Virus record (IMG/VR): IMGVR_UViG_3300029309_000027
Coordinates: 1-61,638 of that record
Origin: a virus
Lineage: Duplodnaviria > Caudoviricetes
Direction: 5' to 3' (one strand)
Length of the DNA: 61,638 bases
Each line of letters opens with the position of its first letter. Position 1 is the stretch's first letter. The translations under genes were made by a program, and so were the position numbers. The notes beneath the pieces were generated by a model, which was not told the origin of the DNA, ran no database searches, and saw nothing but the letters and a program-made list of their open reading frames with translations. Below are positions 8,484 through 19,059 of the stretch, piece by piece.

Positions 8484-9061
8484 CCATGAATCTTCTTTAT
8501 TACTTCGTCGTGAGGTTGCCCAAGCGACTCAACGACGAAATCAAGATGGGGGATCAAGAGATCTTCTTGGAGACCAAGTTTAACGAGTTTGAGCACAGGA
8601 TACATGAAGGGGAGGTGGTCCACACCCCCTTGAAATTTGACACCCCTGTAAAACCAGGGGACACCCTGTACTTCCACCACTTAGTAGTAATCAATGGGGG
8701 TATGCCCTTTGCTGACTACAAGGACCACTACGTGGTGAGCTTCGATCCAGATGTAGCGATCAACAGTCATGCTTATGCTTACACCCCACAAGGGACTAAG
8801 GACATCCTGCCCTTAGATGGATGGAGCATATTAGAGCCCACCTTTGAGGAGGGGGTTGAGGAGTCTATGTTCGATGTGGTTGAGTTTGAAAAGAAACCCA
8901 GGACTACTGGTATTGTTTCGTCTCCAAGTCAGGATCTTGAGCGTCTAGGCGTTGAGGTGGGAGATACTGTTGGGTTCAAAAAAAATATGGACTACACGTT
9001 CCAAGCCTTTGGAAAGGACTTTTTCCGTACCAGGACAGAAGACTTGCTGTATGTCCTCTAA
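8480..9061 (+). CDS. GroES-like co-chaperonin (two GroES-like halves)
   Basis: GEVVHTP...VKPGDTLYF and GIVSSP...VEVGDTVGF motifs; lies upstream of terminase. Confidence 0.7.
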   Translation: MTMNLLYYFVVRLPKRLNDEIKMGDQEIFLETKFNEFEHRIHEGEVVHTPLKFDTPVKPGDTLYFHHLVVINGGMPFADYKDHYVVSFDPDVAINSHAYAYTPQGTKDILPLDGWSILEPTFEEGVEESMFDVVEFEKKPRTTGIVSSPSQDLERLGVEVGDTVGFKKNMDYTFQAFGKDFFRTRTEDLLYVL

Positions 9062-9341
9062 GAAGTTTACGACTTTGGATGCTGCCAAGCGTCTGATGAA
9101 GAGCATGGAGGTGGCTATAGATAACATGATTGAGGAGATCAAAAAACCTGTAGACTCTGAGATCAATGGTAGTGCTAGAAAAGCTGAACTACAGTCCATT
9201 AAGCAGACAGCGATAGATTGTAAAGAGTTGCTTGTTGAAAGACAGAAGCTAGAGCAGATGATGAAAGATCTTACATTGGGTGGGCACGTCTCCGAGGGTA
9301 AGGATTACACTGGGGGGTTTGCCGAAAAATTCTCGAAATGA
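9051..9341 (+). CDS. Helical protein, possible terminase small subunit
   Basis: Start re-assigned to MSSKKF at 9051; coiled-coil ending GFAEKFSK; near terL. Confidence 0.45.
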   Translation: MSSKKFTTLDAAKRLMKSMEVAIDNMIEEIKKPVDSEINGSARKAELQSIKQTAIDCKELLVERQKLEQMMKDLTLGGHVSEGKDYTGGFAEKFSK

Positions 9342-9643
9342 AAGTAGAAGACACTCTCCCGCACGACGCCCTCATGATCGCTTTAGAGGACAACGAATGC
9401 CTTTTGGCTGACGGGTTTGACTCGGCCCTTATTGGCATCACGGAGGGGCCAAACCCAGTTGCAGTTTACGACATCAACAGAATGATCGAGCACCTCTTTA
9501 AGAAGGAGGGTATGACTCCAGAAGACGCTCGAGAGTATTTAGAGTTTAATGTTATCGGTGCTTATGTTGGGGAGAAGACCCCGCTGTACATTGATTTAGA
9601 TTTTGGTAGGGCGTGTGACATAGGCCACCCAGATGAGTTCTGA
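9338..9643 (+). CDS. Phage hypothetical protein
   Basis: LADGFDSALIG...EDAREYLEFNVIGAYVGEKTP motif. Confidence 0.75.
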   Translation: MKVEDTLPHDALMIALEDNECLLADGFDSALIGITEGPNPVAVYDINRMIEHLFKKEGMTPEDAREYLEFNVIGAYVGEKTPLYIDLDFGRACDIGHPDEF

Positions 9644-9651
9644 GTTTTGTT

Positions 9652-11769
9652 ATGCTGACAGAAGTAAAAGGCTATGAAGAAAAAGCTGTGGGCATTTGCC
9701 CCAACGGTACGCTGGGCGACCACATCGAAATCGGTGGGGTTCTCATTGTCCTTCCCAAGGCCCCTAAAGTCAGAGACATCCTCTTCCACGATCTTGCCGT
9801 TGAGGATCAGCGATGGAGGAGAACTGATCTACCAAAAGAGATATCGCGTATACGCTCTATGGATGAGTGGGCGGAAATGCCGAGGGAATTTAGAGAAAAG
9901 TTTCGTCCATATATCGAAGAAGAGTTTCGGCGTAGGCGTGAAGGGGTTTGGTTTTATAATCGAGGTGATGCTACATACATCACTGGTCGGCACTATATGA
10001 TGCTGCAGTGGTCAGTGCTCGACGTGGGGGCGCCGTACTACCTTGAATTTCAAAGAGATATATTCTTACATTTGGCTGCGTGTGAGGCAGACCCTCGTTG
10101 TATTGGACAGCTATATACTAAGTGCCGTAGATCAGGATACACTAACATATGTTCTTCTGTCATCGTTGACGAGGCTACCCAGGTAAAAGACAAGCTCCTG
10201 GGGATACAGAGTAAGACGGGTAAAGACGCACAAGAGAACATCTTTATGAAGAAGGTGGTCGCTATGTTTCGTAAGTACCCCTTCTTCTTTAAGCCCATCC
10301 AAGACGGCACCACCAACCCGCGTATGGAGCTTGCTTTCCGTGAGCCATCTAAAAAGATTACGAAGAACAACAAGACGGCCACAGTTGGGGACGCCTTGAA
10401 TACAGTGATTAACTGGAAGAATACGACTAACAACGCCTACGACGGGGAGAAGCTGCACTTATTGTATTTAGATGAGGCAGGGAAATGGGAAAAACCCACA
10501 GATATAAGAGAGGCTTGGAGGATTCAGAGGACCTGTTTGATAGTGGGTCGGAAGGTGGTCGGAAAGGCTATGGTCGGAAGCACCGTAAACCCCATGGGAA
10601 AAGGGGGAAGAGAGTACAAGGACCTCTGGGCGGATTCGAATCCTGGGGAGAGGAACAAGAATGGTAGGACCAGGTCTGGTCTATACAGGTTGTTCATCCC
10701 TGCATACGATTCCTTAGAGGGGTTCTTTGATCAGTACGGTAAATCTGTTGTAGAAGACCCTGAGGATATGGTGATGGGGATTGATGGGGAGATGATCCAC
10801 ATGGGTGCTAAGACGTTTCTAAAAAACGAGCGAGACAGCTTGCGCCACGATGCTTCTGAGTTAAACGAAACAGTTCGTCAGTTTCCCTTTACAGAAGACG
10901 AAGCGTTCAGAGATAGCATTGAGTCCACCCTATTTAATATCGGCCACATCTACGAGCAGGTGGAGCACAACGACTCTCTGTACCCCAACCCAATAGTATC
11001 TGGACAATTCTCTTGGAAGGGTGGGGTAGAAGACAGTGAGGTCGTCTTTACCCCAGACCCCAATGGCAGATTCAAGGTGGCGTGGATGCCGCCCCCAGCA
11101 CTTCGGAACGTCAAGAGTTATGAGAAAAGCAAAAGAGTACCACCTCACGTACACCTTGGTTGTGGCGGGGTGGATAGCTACGATCTCGACGCTACTGTGG
11201 ATGGGAGAGGATCCAAAGGTGCGCTCCATTTGTACAACAAGTTCAATATGGAGGTGCCTGCTAATATGTTTGTTCTTGAGTACGCTGCCCGTCCGCCGCT
11301 GGCTTCGATATTTTATGAAGATGTGCTTATGGCGGCGGTCTTCTACGGGTACCCCATCTTAATCGAGAACAACAAGTATGGTATCGCCAGGTACTTTGAG
11401 CAGCGTGGTTACGATGGCTATCTCATGGATCGCCCAAAACACTTGCTGTCTGGTAGTGGTGCGGTCAAAGTAAAAACCAAGGGGATCCCATCTAATTCTT
11501 TAGATGTGATTCAGTCCCATGCTCAGGCTATCGAGGCTTACATACATGAACACGTCGGCATCAACAGAGACACTGGCGAGATGGGGAAGATGTATTTCAA
11601 CGCTACTATGGAGGACTGGATTGGTTATGACATCAACAATAGAACTAAGTTTGACTTGACAATTAGTTCTGGTCTTGCATTATTAGCTTCACAAAAAGTA
11701 AAACCCACTGCCCCCCCTACAGACTTTAGCGAAAGACGCTTTTTTAGGCGATATAAAGTCAGGGGCTAA
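9652..11769 (+). CDS. terL: Terminase large subunit
   Basis: Walker A-like KCRRSG, Walker B LYLDEAGK, GST coupling motif, nuclease GVDSYD, ENNK. Confidence 0.93.
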   Translation: MLTEVKGYEEKAVGICPNGTLGDHIEIGGVLIVLPKAPKVRDILFHDLAVEDQRWRRTDLPKEISRIRSMDEWAEMPREFREKFRPYIEEEFRRRREGVWFYNRGDATYITGRHYMMLQWSVLDVGAPYYLEFQRDIFLHLAACEADPRCIGQLYTKCRRSGYTNICSSVIVDEATQVKDKLLGIQSKTGKDAQENIFMKKVVAMFRKYPFFFKPIQDGTTNPRMELAFREPSKKITKNNKTATVGDALNTVINWKNTTNNAYDGEKLHLLYLDEAGKWEKPTDIREAWRIQRTCLIVGRKVVGKAMVGSTVNPMGKGGREYKDLWADSNPGERNKNGRTRSGLYRLFIPAYDSLEGFFDQYGKSVVEDPEDMVMGIDGEMIHMGAKTFLKNERDSLRHDASELNETVRQFPFTEDEAFRDSIESTLFNIGHIYEQVEHNDSLYPNPIVSGQFSWKGGVEDSEVVFTPDPNGRFKVAWMPPPALRNVKSYEKSKRVPPHVHLGCGGVDSYDLDATVDGRGSKGALHLYNKFNMEVPANMFVLEYAARPPLASIFYEDVLMAAVFYGYPILIENNKYGIARYFEQRGYDGYLMDRPKHLLSGSGAVKVKTKGIPSNSLDVIQSHAQAIEAYIHEHVGINRDTGEMGKMYFNATMEDWIGYDINNRTKFDLTISSGLALLASQKVKPTAPPTDFSERRFFRRYKVRG

Positions 11770-11775
11770 CTTTAT

Positions 11776-11783
11776 TATATTTG
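11776..11783 (+). promoter_or_regulatory. -7 promoter box TATATTTG upstream of portal
   Basis: Intergenic TAnnTTTG. Confidence 0.75.
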
Positions 11784-11804
11784 TGGGTAATAACTACACC
11801 CCAC

Positions 11805-14228
11805 ATGTACAACACGAAGCCAGGTGATCCAGGCGGATTCCCAGATCCGCTCGTGTCGCAAGAGGAGAAGTTACAGAAGAGCTACGGGCTAAAGTACGCC
11901 AAGGCTATTGAAGGGCAATGGGGTAATACTCAAGATAATACAAGTACATACGGGGGGAGAAAGAATGTATTTGCGCGTAACAGGGATTACGCAAATGGCA
12001 CGCAGGACACAGCCATATACAAGCAACTCCTGAACACTAACAACCCAAACAATGGGGATGGTAGTTTGATGAACTTGGATTACACCCCTGTCCCAGTCCT
12101 ACCTAAGTTCGTCAGGGTGGTGGTCAACAAGATCCTGTCTCGCAACATGCATCCCAACGTGGAGGCTATTGACCCTTTGTCTTCTAGTGAAAAAGACAAG
12201 GAGAAGAACATGATGAAGAACAAGGTCCAGGCCAGACCACAGATGATGGCTTTGGAGGAGAAGATGGGTTCTCCAGTTCTTGATACCCCAGCAGAACAGA
12301 TACCAGAGACTCTTGAGGAGGCGGAGATCTTGATGGACACTAACCTCAAGACTGACGCTGAGATTGCCGCGCAGATTGCTACTGACACTACGTTGCAGTG
12401 GAATAACTTTGAAGACAACACCTACCGCAGATGCATCAATGACTTGGCGTCTCTAGGTATGGCTGTTGTCAAGCGAAGCAATGATCCGAACTACGGTATC
12501 AATCTAGAATACGTTGACCCCATCCACTTCATTCACAGCTATACAGAGGACCCAAACTTTGAGGACATCACTTACGCTGGACACGTCAGAGAGATTACTC
12601 TGGATGAGTTGAAGCGGATTGCTGGGGACTCTTTGACCGATCAGGATATGAAGAAGCTGGCTAAAAAAGCCAGGCGCTCTACATCCAATAAGTATCCTAA
12701 CCACCCATATGCCAGTGGGGGCTTGCAGAAAGAGAACTTCAGTAACTACGTCATCGAGGTCTTGGACTTCGAGTTTATTTCTGTTGACTGCATGTACTTC
12801 GAAGAGAAGGAGAACCAGTATGGTAACACCAACTTCTTCTACGAGGGTTTCGAATACAAAGAGAGGAAGGGCAGTGTGTACGATCGCACCCCTCACAAGA
12901 TGGAGGTCGAGGTCGTTTATTGCGGCACCTACATCCTAGGTACCGACCACCTCATTAAGTACGGGCTTCAGACTAACGTACCGAAGAACATCCATGACAT
13001 CTCTAGAGCTCGGATGTCTTACTCTGTGGCCGCCACAAACATGGTGGCAAACATGCCCAAGTCCATGGTCGATGGGTGCGTGGGGTTTGCGGACATGCTG
13101 CAGCTGACGCACTTGAAGATTCAGCAGGCGATTGCAAAAGCCAAGCCCGATGGCCTGGTCATTGACATCGAGGGGTTGGAGAACGTGCAGCTCGGGAAGG
13201 GAGGAGAGCTCCAGCCTTTGGATCTTCACGACATCTACGAGCAGACTGGTGTCTTCTACTATCGCAGTAAAAACCCTGAGGGCGGCTTCCAGAACCCGCC
13301 AGTTCGAGAGATCGGCAATAGTATCCGAAACATCAATGAGTTGATCGGACTGTACAATCACTACCTGCGTATGATCCGAGACACCACTGGGATCAACGAG
13401 GCTGTGGATGCGTCTACCCCTAAGAGCGATGCGCTGGTCGGGGTCCAGCAGCAAGCCATTGCGGCCAGTAACAACGCCACGTATGACATCACCAATGCGT
13501 CCATGGTGTTGTTCAAGGCGGTTTGCCAGGACGTGGTAAAGTGCCTCCAGATCCTGCCGACAGAAACCATTATCCATAAGGCTTACAGGAGCGCAATTGG
13601 AGAGAGCAATATGTCTGTCTTGCAGACTTTTTCTGACCTCCCTATGTACAACTTTGGTGTCCATGTGATGAAAGACATGGAAGATAAAGACAAGGCATAC
13701 TTGGAGCAAAACATTCAGATGTCTTTGAATCAAAAAGAAATCGACCTAGAGGATGCTATTGCGATTCGCAACCTAAAAGACATCAACCAGGCGGAGAGGC
13801 TTTTGATTCTCAGGAGACGTAAGCGTATGGATAAAGTTCAGCAGCAACAGATGCAGATGCAGCAAATGCAGTCTCAGCAAGCACAGCAGGCCGAACAGAT
13901 TAAGGCTCAATCAAGAGCTCAAGAGATTCAGCTTAAAGCTCAGACAGAAGCTCAGTTGATTCAGGCTCAGGCTATGGCGGATGTTGAGGTCGCTAAGATC
14001 AAGCATCAGATGGAGATGGAGATAACGCAACTTAAAATGCAAGTCAAGGGCCAGGGTGTTGACATTGAGTTCCAGAACAGAAAGTCCATAGAGACCCAGA
14101 AAGACAATAGAAAAGACGACAGAGTAAAGCAGCAGGCTGTGGAGCAGAGCAAGCTCATCTCTCAAAGACAGGGAAAGCGGGCGGAGCTAGAGGAGGAGCC
14201 TAAGATTGACCTTTCACAAATCATTTGA
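11805..14228 (+). CDS. Portal protein
   Basis: Follows terL; about 807 aa; NLDYTPVPVLPKFV motif; Gln-rich C-terminal coiled coil typical of podoviral portals. Confidence 0.88.
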   Translation: MYNTKPGDPGGFPDPLVSQEEKLQKSYGLKYAKAIEGQWGNTQDNTSTYGGRKNVFARNRDYANGTQDTAIYKQLLNTNNPNNGDGSLMNLDYTPVPVLPKFVRVVVNKILSRNMHPNVEAIDPLSSSEKDKEKNMMKNKVQARPQMMALEEKMGSPVLDTPAEQIPETLEEAEILMDTNLKTDAEIAAQIATDTTLQWNNFEDNTYRRCINDLASLGMAVVKRSNDPNYGINLEYVDPIHFIHSYTEDPNFEDITYAGHVREITLDELKRIAGDSLTDQDMKKLAKKARRSTSNKYPNHPYASGGLQKENFSNYVIEVLDFEFISVDCMYFEEKENQYGNTNFFYEGFEYKERKGSVYDRTPHKMEVEVVYCGTYILGTDHLIKYGLQTNVPKNIHDISRARMSYSVAATNMVANMPKSMVDGCVGFADMLQLTHLKIQQAIAKAKPDGLVIDIEGLENVQLGKGGELQPLDLHDIYEQTGVFYYRSKNPEGGFQNPPVREIGNSIRNINELIGLYNHYLRMIRDTTGINEAVDASTPKSDALVGVQQQAIAASNNATYDITNASMVLFKAVCQDVVKCLQILPTETIIHKAYRSAIGESNMSVLQTFSDLPMYNFGVHVMKDMEDKDKAYLEQNIQMSLNQKEIDLEDAIAIRNLKDINQAERLLILRRRKRMDKVQQQQMQMQQMQSQQAQQAEQIKAQSRAQEIQLKAQTEAQLIQAQAMADVEVAKIKHQMEMEITQLKMQVKGQGVDIEFQNRKSIETQKDNRKDDRVKQQAVEQSKLISQRQGKRAELEEEPKIDLSQII

Positions 14229-14229
14229 A

Positions 14230-14697
14230 ATGAGTAAAGTAAATCTAGACGTAGCAGAGAAACTAGACATCACCTGCAGACGTGGTGACACTTTCGAGTT
14301 GACTCTTACACTTAAGGATAGTTCAGGCACTGCGTTACCCTTGGTAACAGACGATTACAAATTTCTGATGCAGGTAAGAGCCAGTAAGCTTTTAGTGGCA
14401 AGAGCGCAGCGACGGACGCCAACTGGTGGTGGCGGTGAGGCCGACTCAGAGGATGAATATGGAGAGGATGGAATTGTAATTGGCAGCTCTGGTCAGGGCA
14501 AGCCAGGTAGGTGCAATTTCACTTTCAAAGATCTTGATAATAATGGTAATGTCACTGTGTTTTTGTCTGCCGCTGACATGAGAAAGGTTCCTTCAGGACG
14601 TTATAAATACGACATCCAGTTTCTAAAAGGAGATACCCACAAAACTCTCCTTGAGGGTAGATTCACTGTAAACGAGGATGTCTCAAAGAGTCTGTAA
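14230..14697 (+). CDS. Fibre adaptor/attachment protein (Ig-like)
   Basis: [11 protein letters not shown]...GRYKYDIQ...LEGRFTV pattern; coupled to the fibre gene. Confidence 0.55.
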   Translation: MSKVNLDVAEKLDITCRRGDTFELTLTLKDSSGTALPLVTDDYKFLMQVRASKLLVARAQRRTPTGGGGEADSEDEYGEDGIVIGSSGQGKPGRCNFTFKDLDNNGNVTVFLSAADMRKVPSGRYKYDIQFLKGDTHKTLLEGRFTVNEDVSKSL

Positions 14698-16361
14698 TGT
14701 CAACTCAAGTAACAGTAACAGGGGGGACTAGAGTAACAGTATCAGTACCATCCACTGGATCCGTTTCAGTAATTAGCACTGGTGTAAAGGGGGAGACTGG
14801 GGCCACAGGAGCAACAGGTCCCGCAGGTCCCGCAGGCGCTACGGGCGCTACGGGCGCTACGGGCGCAACAGGTCCAACAGGCGCAACAGGCCCTCAGGGA
14901 CCACAAGGTCCTGCGGGTTCAGATGGTGCCGACGGTGCTGATGGTGGCACAAACATCGTAGTGGATACCTCCCCGCAGCTTGGCGGGGACCTAGATGTAA
15001 ATGGTAATGACATTGTCAGCACTTCCAACGGGGACATTGATATCAAGCCCAATGGAGACGGGAAGGTCAATATAGATAGCTCTAGTTCATCGAGTGGGGT
15101 CAAAATATCAGATGGTCACGTCGAACTAAGAAGTGGCACTGGTAGCCCCGCCAAGATTGACTTTTACTGCGAAAGTGCTGCGGCCCACAAGGTCACAGTT
15201 CAGGCTCCCGCACACGCTAGTTTTTCAGGGGATGTGCAGTTCACCCTCCCAACATCTAACGGCAGTAGCGGTCAGGTATTGAAGACAGATGGGTCTGGAA
15301 ACCTGTCGTATGTAAATCAAACGTCTGACACTCAGCTTACCACCGAGGAAGTCCAAGACATAGCTGGTGGAATGTTCACTGGCAACACCGAAAGTGGTAT
15401 CACTGCGACCTATCAAGACGCGGACGGCACCATCGACTTAGAAGTGGGTGGCCTGACGGTGGCGCAGGGTGGAACAGGCGCCACTTCGTTTGCTGACAAG
15501 TCAGTGTTGATTACGCAGGACAGCGGGACCGATACAGTATCTGCTGCGGCCATGTCCACTAACGGTCAGCTTTTGATTGGGGGGACTAGCGGACCTGCTG
15601 TAGCCACCCTGACGGCTGGTAGCAACGTCACGATTACCAATGCTGACGGAGCCATTACTATTGCTGCCTCAGGTGGTGGTGGTGGTGGTGGCGGTGACAT
15701 CGAGGGTGTTACCGCAGGGGATGGGCTCTCTGGTGGTGGCACCACGGGCACTGTGACTTTGAATGTGGGGGCTGCTCAGACGACAATTACTTCGATCATC
15801 AACAGCAGCCTGACGAAGATTGGTACGGCTACCGATCAAGAGTATATAGACTTCAGCACCGCTGATGAGGTCAACACTAAGATCAATGATACAGAGCGTC
15901 TCAGCGTAACAAACACGGGCGTTGACGTTACTGGTGAGCTCACATCAACAAAGAATGTCTTTGCTAAAACCTCAAACACGGACTTCAGTGTTCAAGGGGA
16001 TATTGTAAAGATTGGGACTGGTAGCACAACTCAAGGCGAATTGTGCTACTACAAATCTGACGGGACTTGGGCTGCAGCCGATGCAGACGCTGCTGCAACT
16101 TCTGGTGGGTGTCTTCTTGCTATCGCGCTCGGCACAGACCCAGATGTTGACGGCATGCTTTTGCGCGGAATGTTCACTAGAGACCACCAAGACGCAAGCC
16201 TGGCTGATGAGCTGTATGTCTCTACTACGGCAGGGGATATTACTGGCACCCCGCCGTCTGGTAACGGTGATGTCGTCCGTGTGGTGGGGTACTGCCTAGA
16301 CAGCACGAATGGTCAGATTTGGTTCAACCCATCAAATGACTTCATTGTCCTGTCAGTATAA
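14697..16361 (+). CDS. Collagen-containing virion fibre protein
   Basis: G-X-Y run; [37 protein letters not shown] and [11 protein letters not shown] fibre motifs. Confidence 0.85.
   Translation: MSTQVTVTGGTRVTVSVPSTGSVSVISTGVKGETGATGATGPAGPAGATGATGATGATGPTGATGPQGPQGPAGSDGADGADGGTNIVVDTSPQLGGDLDVNGNDIVSTSNGDIDIKPNGDGKVNIDSSSSSSGVKISDGHVELRSGTGSPAKIDFYCESAAAHKVTVQAPAHASFSGDVQFTLPTSNGSSGQVLKTDGSGNLSYVNQTSDTQLTTEEVQDIAGGMFTGNTESGITATYQDADGTIDLEVGGLTVAQGGTGATSFADKSVLITQDSGTDTVSAAAMSTNGQLLIGGTSGPAVATLTAGSNVTITNADGAITIAASGGGGGGGGDIEGVTAGDGLSGGGTTGTVTLNVGAAQTTITSIINSSLTKIGTATDQEYIDFSTADEVNTKINDTERLSVTNTGVDVTGELTSTKNVFAKTSNTDFSVQGDIVKIGTGSTTQGELCYYKSDGTWAAADADAAATSGGCLLAIALGTDPDVDGMLLRGMFTRDHQDASLADELYVSTTAGDITGTPPSGNGDVVRVVGYCLDSTNGQIWFNPSNDFIVLSV
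14790..14945 (+). repeat. Collagen G-X-Y coding repeats including 9-nt tandem ggcgctacg
   Basis: Directly visible. Confidence 0.9.
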
Positions 16362-17671
16362 TGCCAGACATAGCATCATTTAACGGAATCGACGTGGGTA
16401 ATATAGCATCAATAAACGGTCAGACAATTGCCTCGGGAGGAGGGGCTTATAACCCTGTAACTGATAGCGGAACATACACTGAGACGCTCCCCACTTCTGG
16501 GCTGCTAAAGTTTGGTGGGTTCAGGCAGAGTAATGACTCCAGCAGCAACGGCTTCAAATACAATTATGGGGCTGAACCAGTGACAAATCTATCGAGCGAT
16601 AAAGACGCCCAATACGTTAGAGTTGCTGAGTCAAAAAGCGACTTTGTAAAAATTAGCTATGGCAGGTATTCCGCTTTCGCGATCACCGCGTCAGGACAGC
16701 TTTGGGAGATTGGTCAACAATCGAGTTATACGGAAGGGACAGCATCAGACAGTTGGCAGCAAGTCACAGGTGTCGGAGACTCTGATACTGGATGGACAGC
16801 GGTATCTTCTAGTTATCTAGGGGCTTTGGGTATTAACAGCGGCAAGATGTATTACATCGGGGGGAACAGTTATGGGGAGTCGGGAATGGGCAGCACCTCC
16901 ACGAGCTATGGAACTTGGACTCAAGTTGGGTCTGATTCTGACTGGCAAGATGTTAAGAGGGGGAGGTACTACTCTATGGCGACGAAGAGCAGTAGCAATG
17001 TTTTATATGTAGCGGGTAGAAACAGTAAGTACGCGACTGGACTTGACACTACTAGCGGGAACACCACTAGTTGGACTGCTATCAATAGTGACAACTTTAC
17101 CAACACCAACGTAACTTTCTTTACCGTGAATGCAGACGGTGGGTTCTTGATAAGAGGTGGTGAGGTGTACGCTTGGGGGGATGAGGACAGCAACGAAAGG
17201 TTCGGCCTTAACTCCTCGTCAGACTTGACTAAGCCGACCCAAACTGGAAATGTCGGGGGTAGCCTACAAAGCGATTGGGCTCAGGGCTGTCTTGCAAACA
17301 ATGCGATGCTTCTGATCAATACTTCGGGGGAGCTGTATCACGCAGGAGAGGGTACAGCTCGTAGAGGTGACGGCTCCAACACCGACAACAAGGCTGGCAA
17401 CTTTGTTCAAATAGGTAGCGATACAAACTGGGTTAGAGTGGAGGCGGACCCAACTGGTCAAACAACCAATGACTATGGTATGTCTGCACAAAAAGGAAAC
17501 AGGTTGTTCTTCTGGGGGTACAATCAATACTCAGGTGTTATCGACGGGACTTTGAGCAACACTTTTACTGCCACAGAGATTTTTGATCAAGACCTTGCGT
17601 CAGGTGACTACTGGGTTCCATTCTTAAACTATGGAGGCAGCACAAGATATGGGATTGTTGGAATCTACTAA
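16361..17671 (+). CDS. RCC1/BLIP-II-like beta-propeller, putative receptor-binding protein
   Basis: Repeats TQVGSDSDW, QIGSDTNW, GEVYAWG, GxNxYG. Confidence 0.75.
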   Translation: MPDIASFNGIDVGNIASINGQTIASGGGAYNPVTDSGTYTETLPTSGLLKFGGFRQSNDSSSNGFKYNYGAEPVTNLSSDKDAQYVRVAESKSDFVKISYGRYSAFAITASGQLWEIGQQSSYTEGTASDSWQQVTGVGDSDTGWTAVSSSYLGALGINSGKMYYIGGNSYGESGMGSTSTSYGTWTQVGSDSDWQDVKRGRYYSMATKSSSNVLYVAGRNSKYATGLDTTSGNTTSWTAINSDNFTNTNVTFFTVNADGGFLIRGGEVYAWGDEDSNERFGLNSSSDLTKPTQTGNVGGSLQSDWAQGCLANNAMLLINTSGELYHAGEGTARRGDGSNTDNKAGNFVQIGSDTNWVRVEADPTGQTTNDYGMSAQKGNRLFFWGYNQYSGVIDGTLSNTFTATEIFDQDLASGDYWVPFLNYGGSTRYGIVGIY

Positions 17672-17673
17672 TC

Positions 17674-17928
17674 ATGGCTACATATTCAGTTATAATTACG
17701 TCTGAACAAGACCTCACAGAGCAGTGGCTAGACTCTAACGTGCCTCACATGAGCTTTACCTACAATGAGGTTGAGCTGGAAGAGTGTGTCGACAATCGAG
17801 ACGGCACGTATACAGCTACATACGAGAGCATGGTGTTGCCCTCAGAGAGGACTTACACATATGTCCACCCAGTCAATGGGGAAACCACTTACACTCTTTC
17901 GGCAGGCGAATATGGCGTGAAGCCATAG
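17674..17928 (+). CDS. Small acidic hypothetical protein
   Basis: 84-aa ORF in operon. Confidence 0.65.
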   Translation: MATYSVIITSEQDLTEQWLDSNVPHMSFTYNEVELEECVDNRDGTYTATYESMVLPSERTYTYVHPVNGETTYTLSAGEYGVKP

Positions 17929-17932
17929 TATT

Positions 17933-17940
17933 TATATTTG
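17933..17940 (+). promoter_or_regulatory. -7 promoter box TATATTTG (leaderless, 4 nt before ATG)
   Basis: Intergenic TAnnTTTG. Confidence 0.75.
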
Positions 17941-17944
17941 CAAC

Positions 17945-18223
17945 ATGGCCGCGTCTTCTACATCTAATAGAGTAAAAAACTTACTTAAGAAGCATGGCCT
18001 ATCTGGTGTAAACAAGGCCAAGAGAACACCTAAGCACCCGAAGAAATCGCACATCGTATTAGCGAAGGAGGGGAACAAGGTGAAGCTCATTCGTTTTGGT
18101 GAGCAGGGGGCAAAAACAAACCAGAGCGCGAAACAAAGAAAGGCGTTTAAAGATCGCCATAGAAAAAATATTAACAGGGGTAAAATGTCTGCTGCCTGGT
18201 GGGCAAACAAAGTAAAGTGGTGA
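17945..18223 (+). CDS. Small basic phage protein
   Basis: KRTPKHPKKSH...LIRFGEQG...MSAAWWANKVKW. Confidence 0.8.
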   Translation: MAASSTSNRVKNLLKKHGLSGVNKAKRTPKHPKKSHIVLAKEGNKVKLIRFGEQGAKTNQSAKQRKAFKDRHRKNINRGKMSAAWWANKVKW

Positions 18224-18426
18224 TGGATCTAACGCAGTTTGAATTACTTAGTATTGCTGGGGCTTTAATAGGAATGTGGTTGAAGTTTCAATCGGAATTC
18301 ACTACGCTAAAGTCTAGGGTCAAAGTTCTTGAAATGGACAACGGTGAGTTTAAGAGTAAGATCGACACGTTGCTTACAGAAATTCAAGAGATTAAGATGC
18401 TCCTCGCAAAAAACCAAGTACAGTAA
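18223..18426 (+). CDS. Single-TM plus coiled-coil protein (holin/XhlA-like)
   Basis: Start at TGATG overlap; LLSIAGALIGMWL followed by heptads. Confidence 0.6.
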   Translation: MDLTQFELLSIAGALIGMWLKFQSEFTTLKSRVKVLEMDNGEFKSKIDTLLTEIQEIKMLLAKNQVQ

Positions 18427-18428
18427 TT

Positions 18429-18677
18429 ATGCCACAAGGAAAAGGAACATACGGGAATCAAGTAGGTCGTCCGCCTAAGAAGATGAAGGTCTTGAAGAAA
18501 GGTGGGAAGATTCCAAAACTTACGATCCTAAACAAGACAGTTATGGTTGATCCTCCAAAAGGTTTTCATTGGATGGAGGAGCAGGGCCGTTACTACTTGA
18601 TGAAGGGGGATTACAAGCCACACCCAGGAGCTGTTAAGCAAGCCAAGTTTAAGCAGGCGAACCACCCAAAAGGATAA
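18429..18677 (+). CDS. Small basic protein with LKKGGK tag
   Basis: MPQGKGTYGNQVGRPPKK start. Confidence 0.75.
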   Translation: MPQGKGTYGNQVGRPPKKMKVLKKGGKIPKLTILNKTVMVDPPKGFHWMEEQGRYYLMKGDYKPHPGAVKQAKFKQANHPKG

Positions 18678-18868
18678 TGGCTAAAAAGTTCAACCCCAAG
18701 TACACAAAGGGTAGCTCGAATGTAGCGGAGCGCAAGAAGCTGATGAGTCAGATTGCCGCCATCTACGAGAAGCATAGAGGGACTAAGGGTAAAAGAAAAA
18801 AGAAAGGGTTTCCGCCAGCGGTTGCAGCGAGGCTAAAACAACTCATGAAAAGAAGAGACAAGCTATGA
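18677..18868 (+). CDS. Small basic protein
   Basis: 63 aa, Lys/Arg-rich, coupled. Confidence 0.7.
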   Translation: MAKKFNPKYTKGSSNVAERKKLMSQIAAIYEKHRGTKGKRKKKGFPPAVAARLKQLMKRRDKL

Positions 18869-19059
18869 AGATGAAAAAGAAAGACACCCCCAAGTACATG
18901 AAGGGTGGTGAGATCAAGAAGATGCCAGGTGGCGGCAAGATGCCCATGTACATGTACGGGGGTAAGGTCTATGCACAGGGTGGTAAGATGTTAGAGGAGA
19001 TGGCTAAAGACCCTAAGATGATGGCACAGATGAAAAGCATTGTGGGCAAATCAAAATGA
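18865..19059 (+). CDS. Small basic protein with four xxxGG tags
   Basis: YMKGG, MPGGG, YMYGG, YAQGG. Confidence 0.75.
   Translation: MKMKKKDTPKYMKGGEIKKMPGGGKMPMYMYGGKVYAQGGKMLEEMAKDPKMMAQMKSIVGKSK

Noticed and set aside
9652-11769. Intein or intron in terminase
   Set aside because: Continuous ORF with no intein terminal motifs or homing endonuclease.
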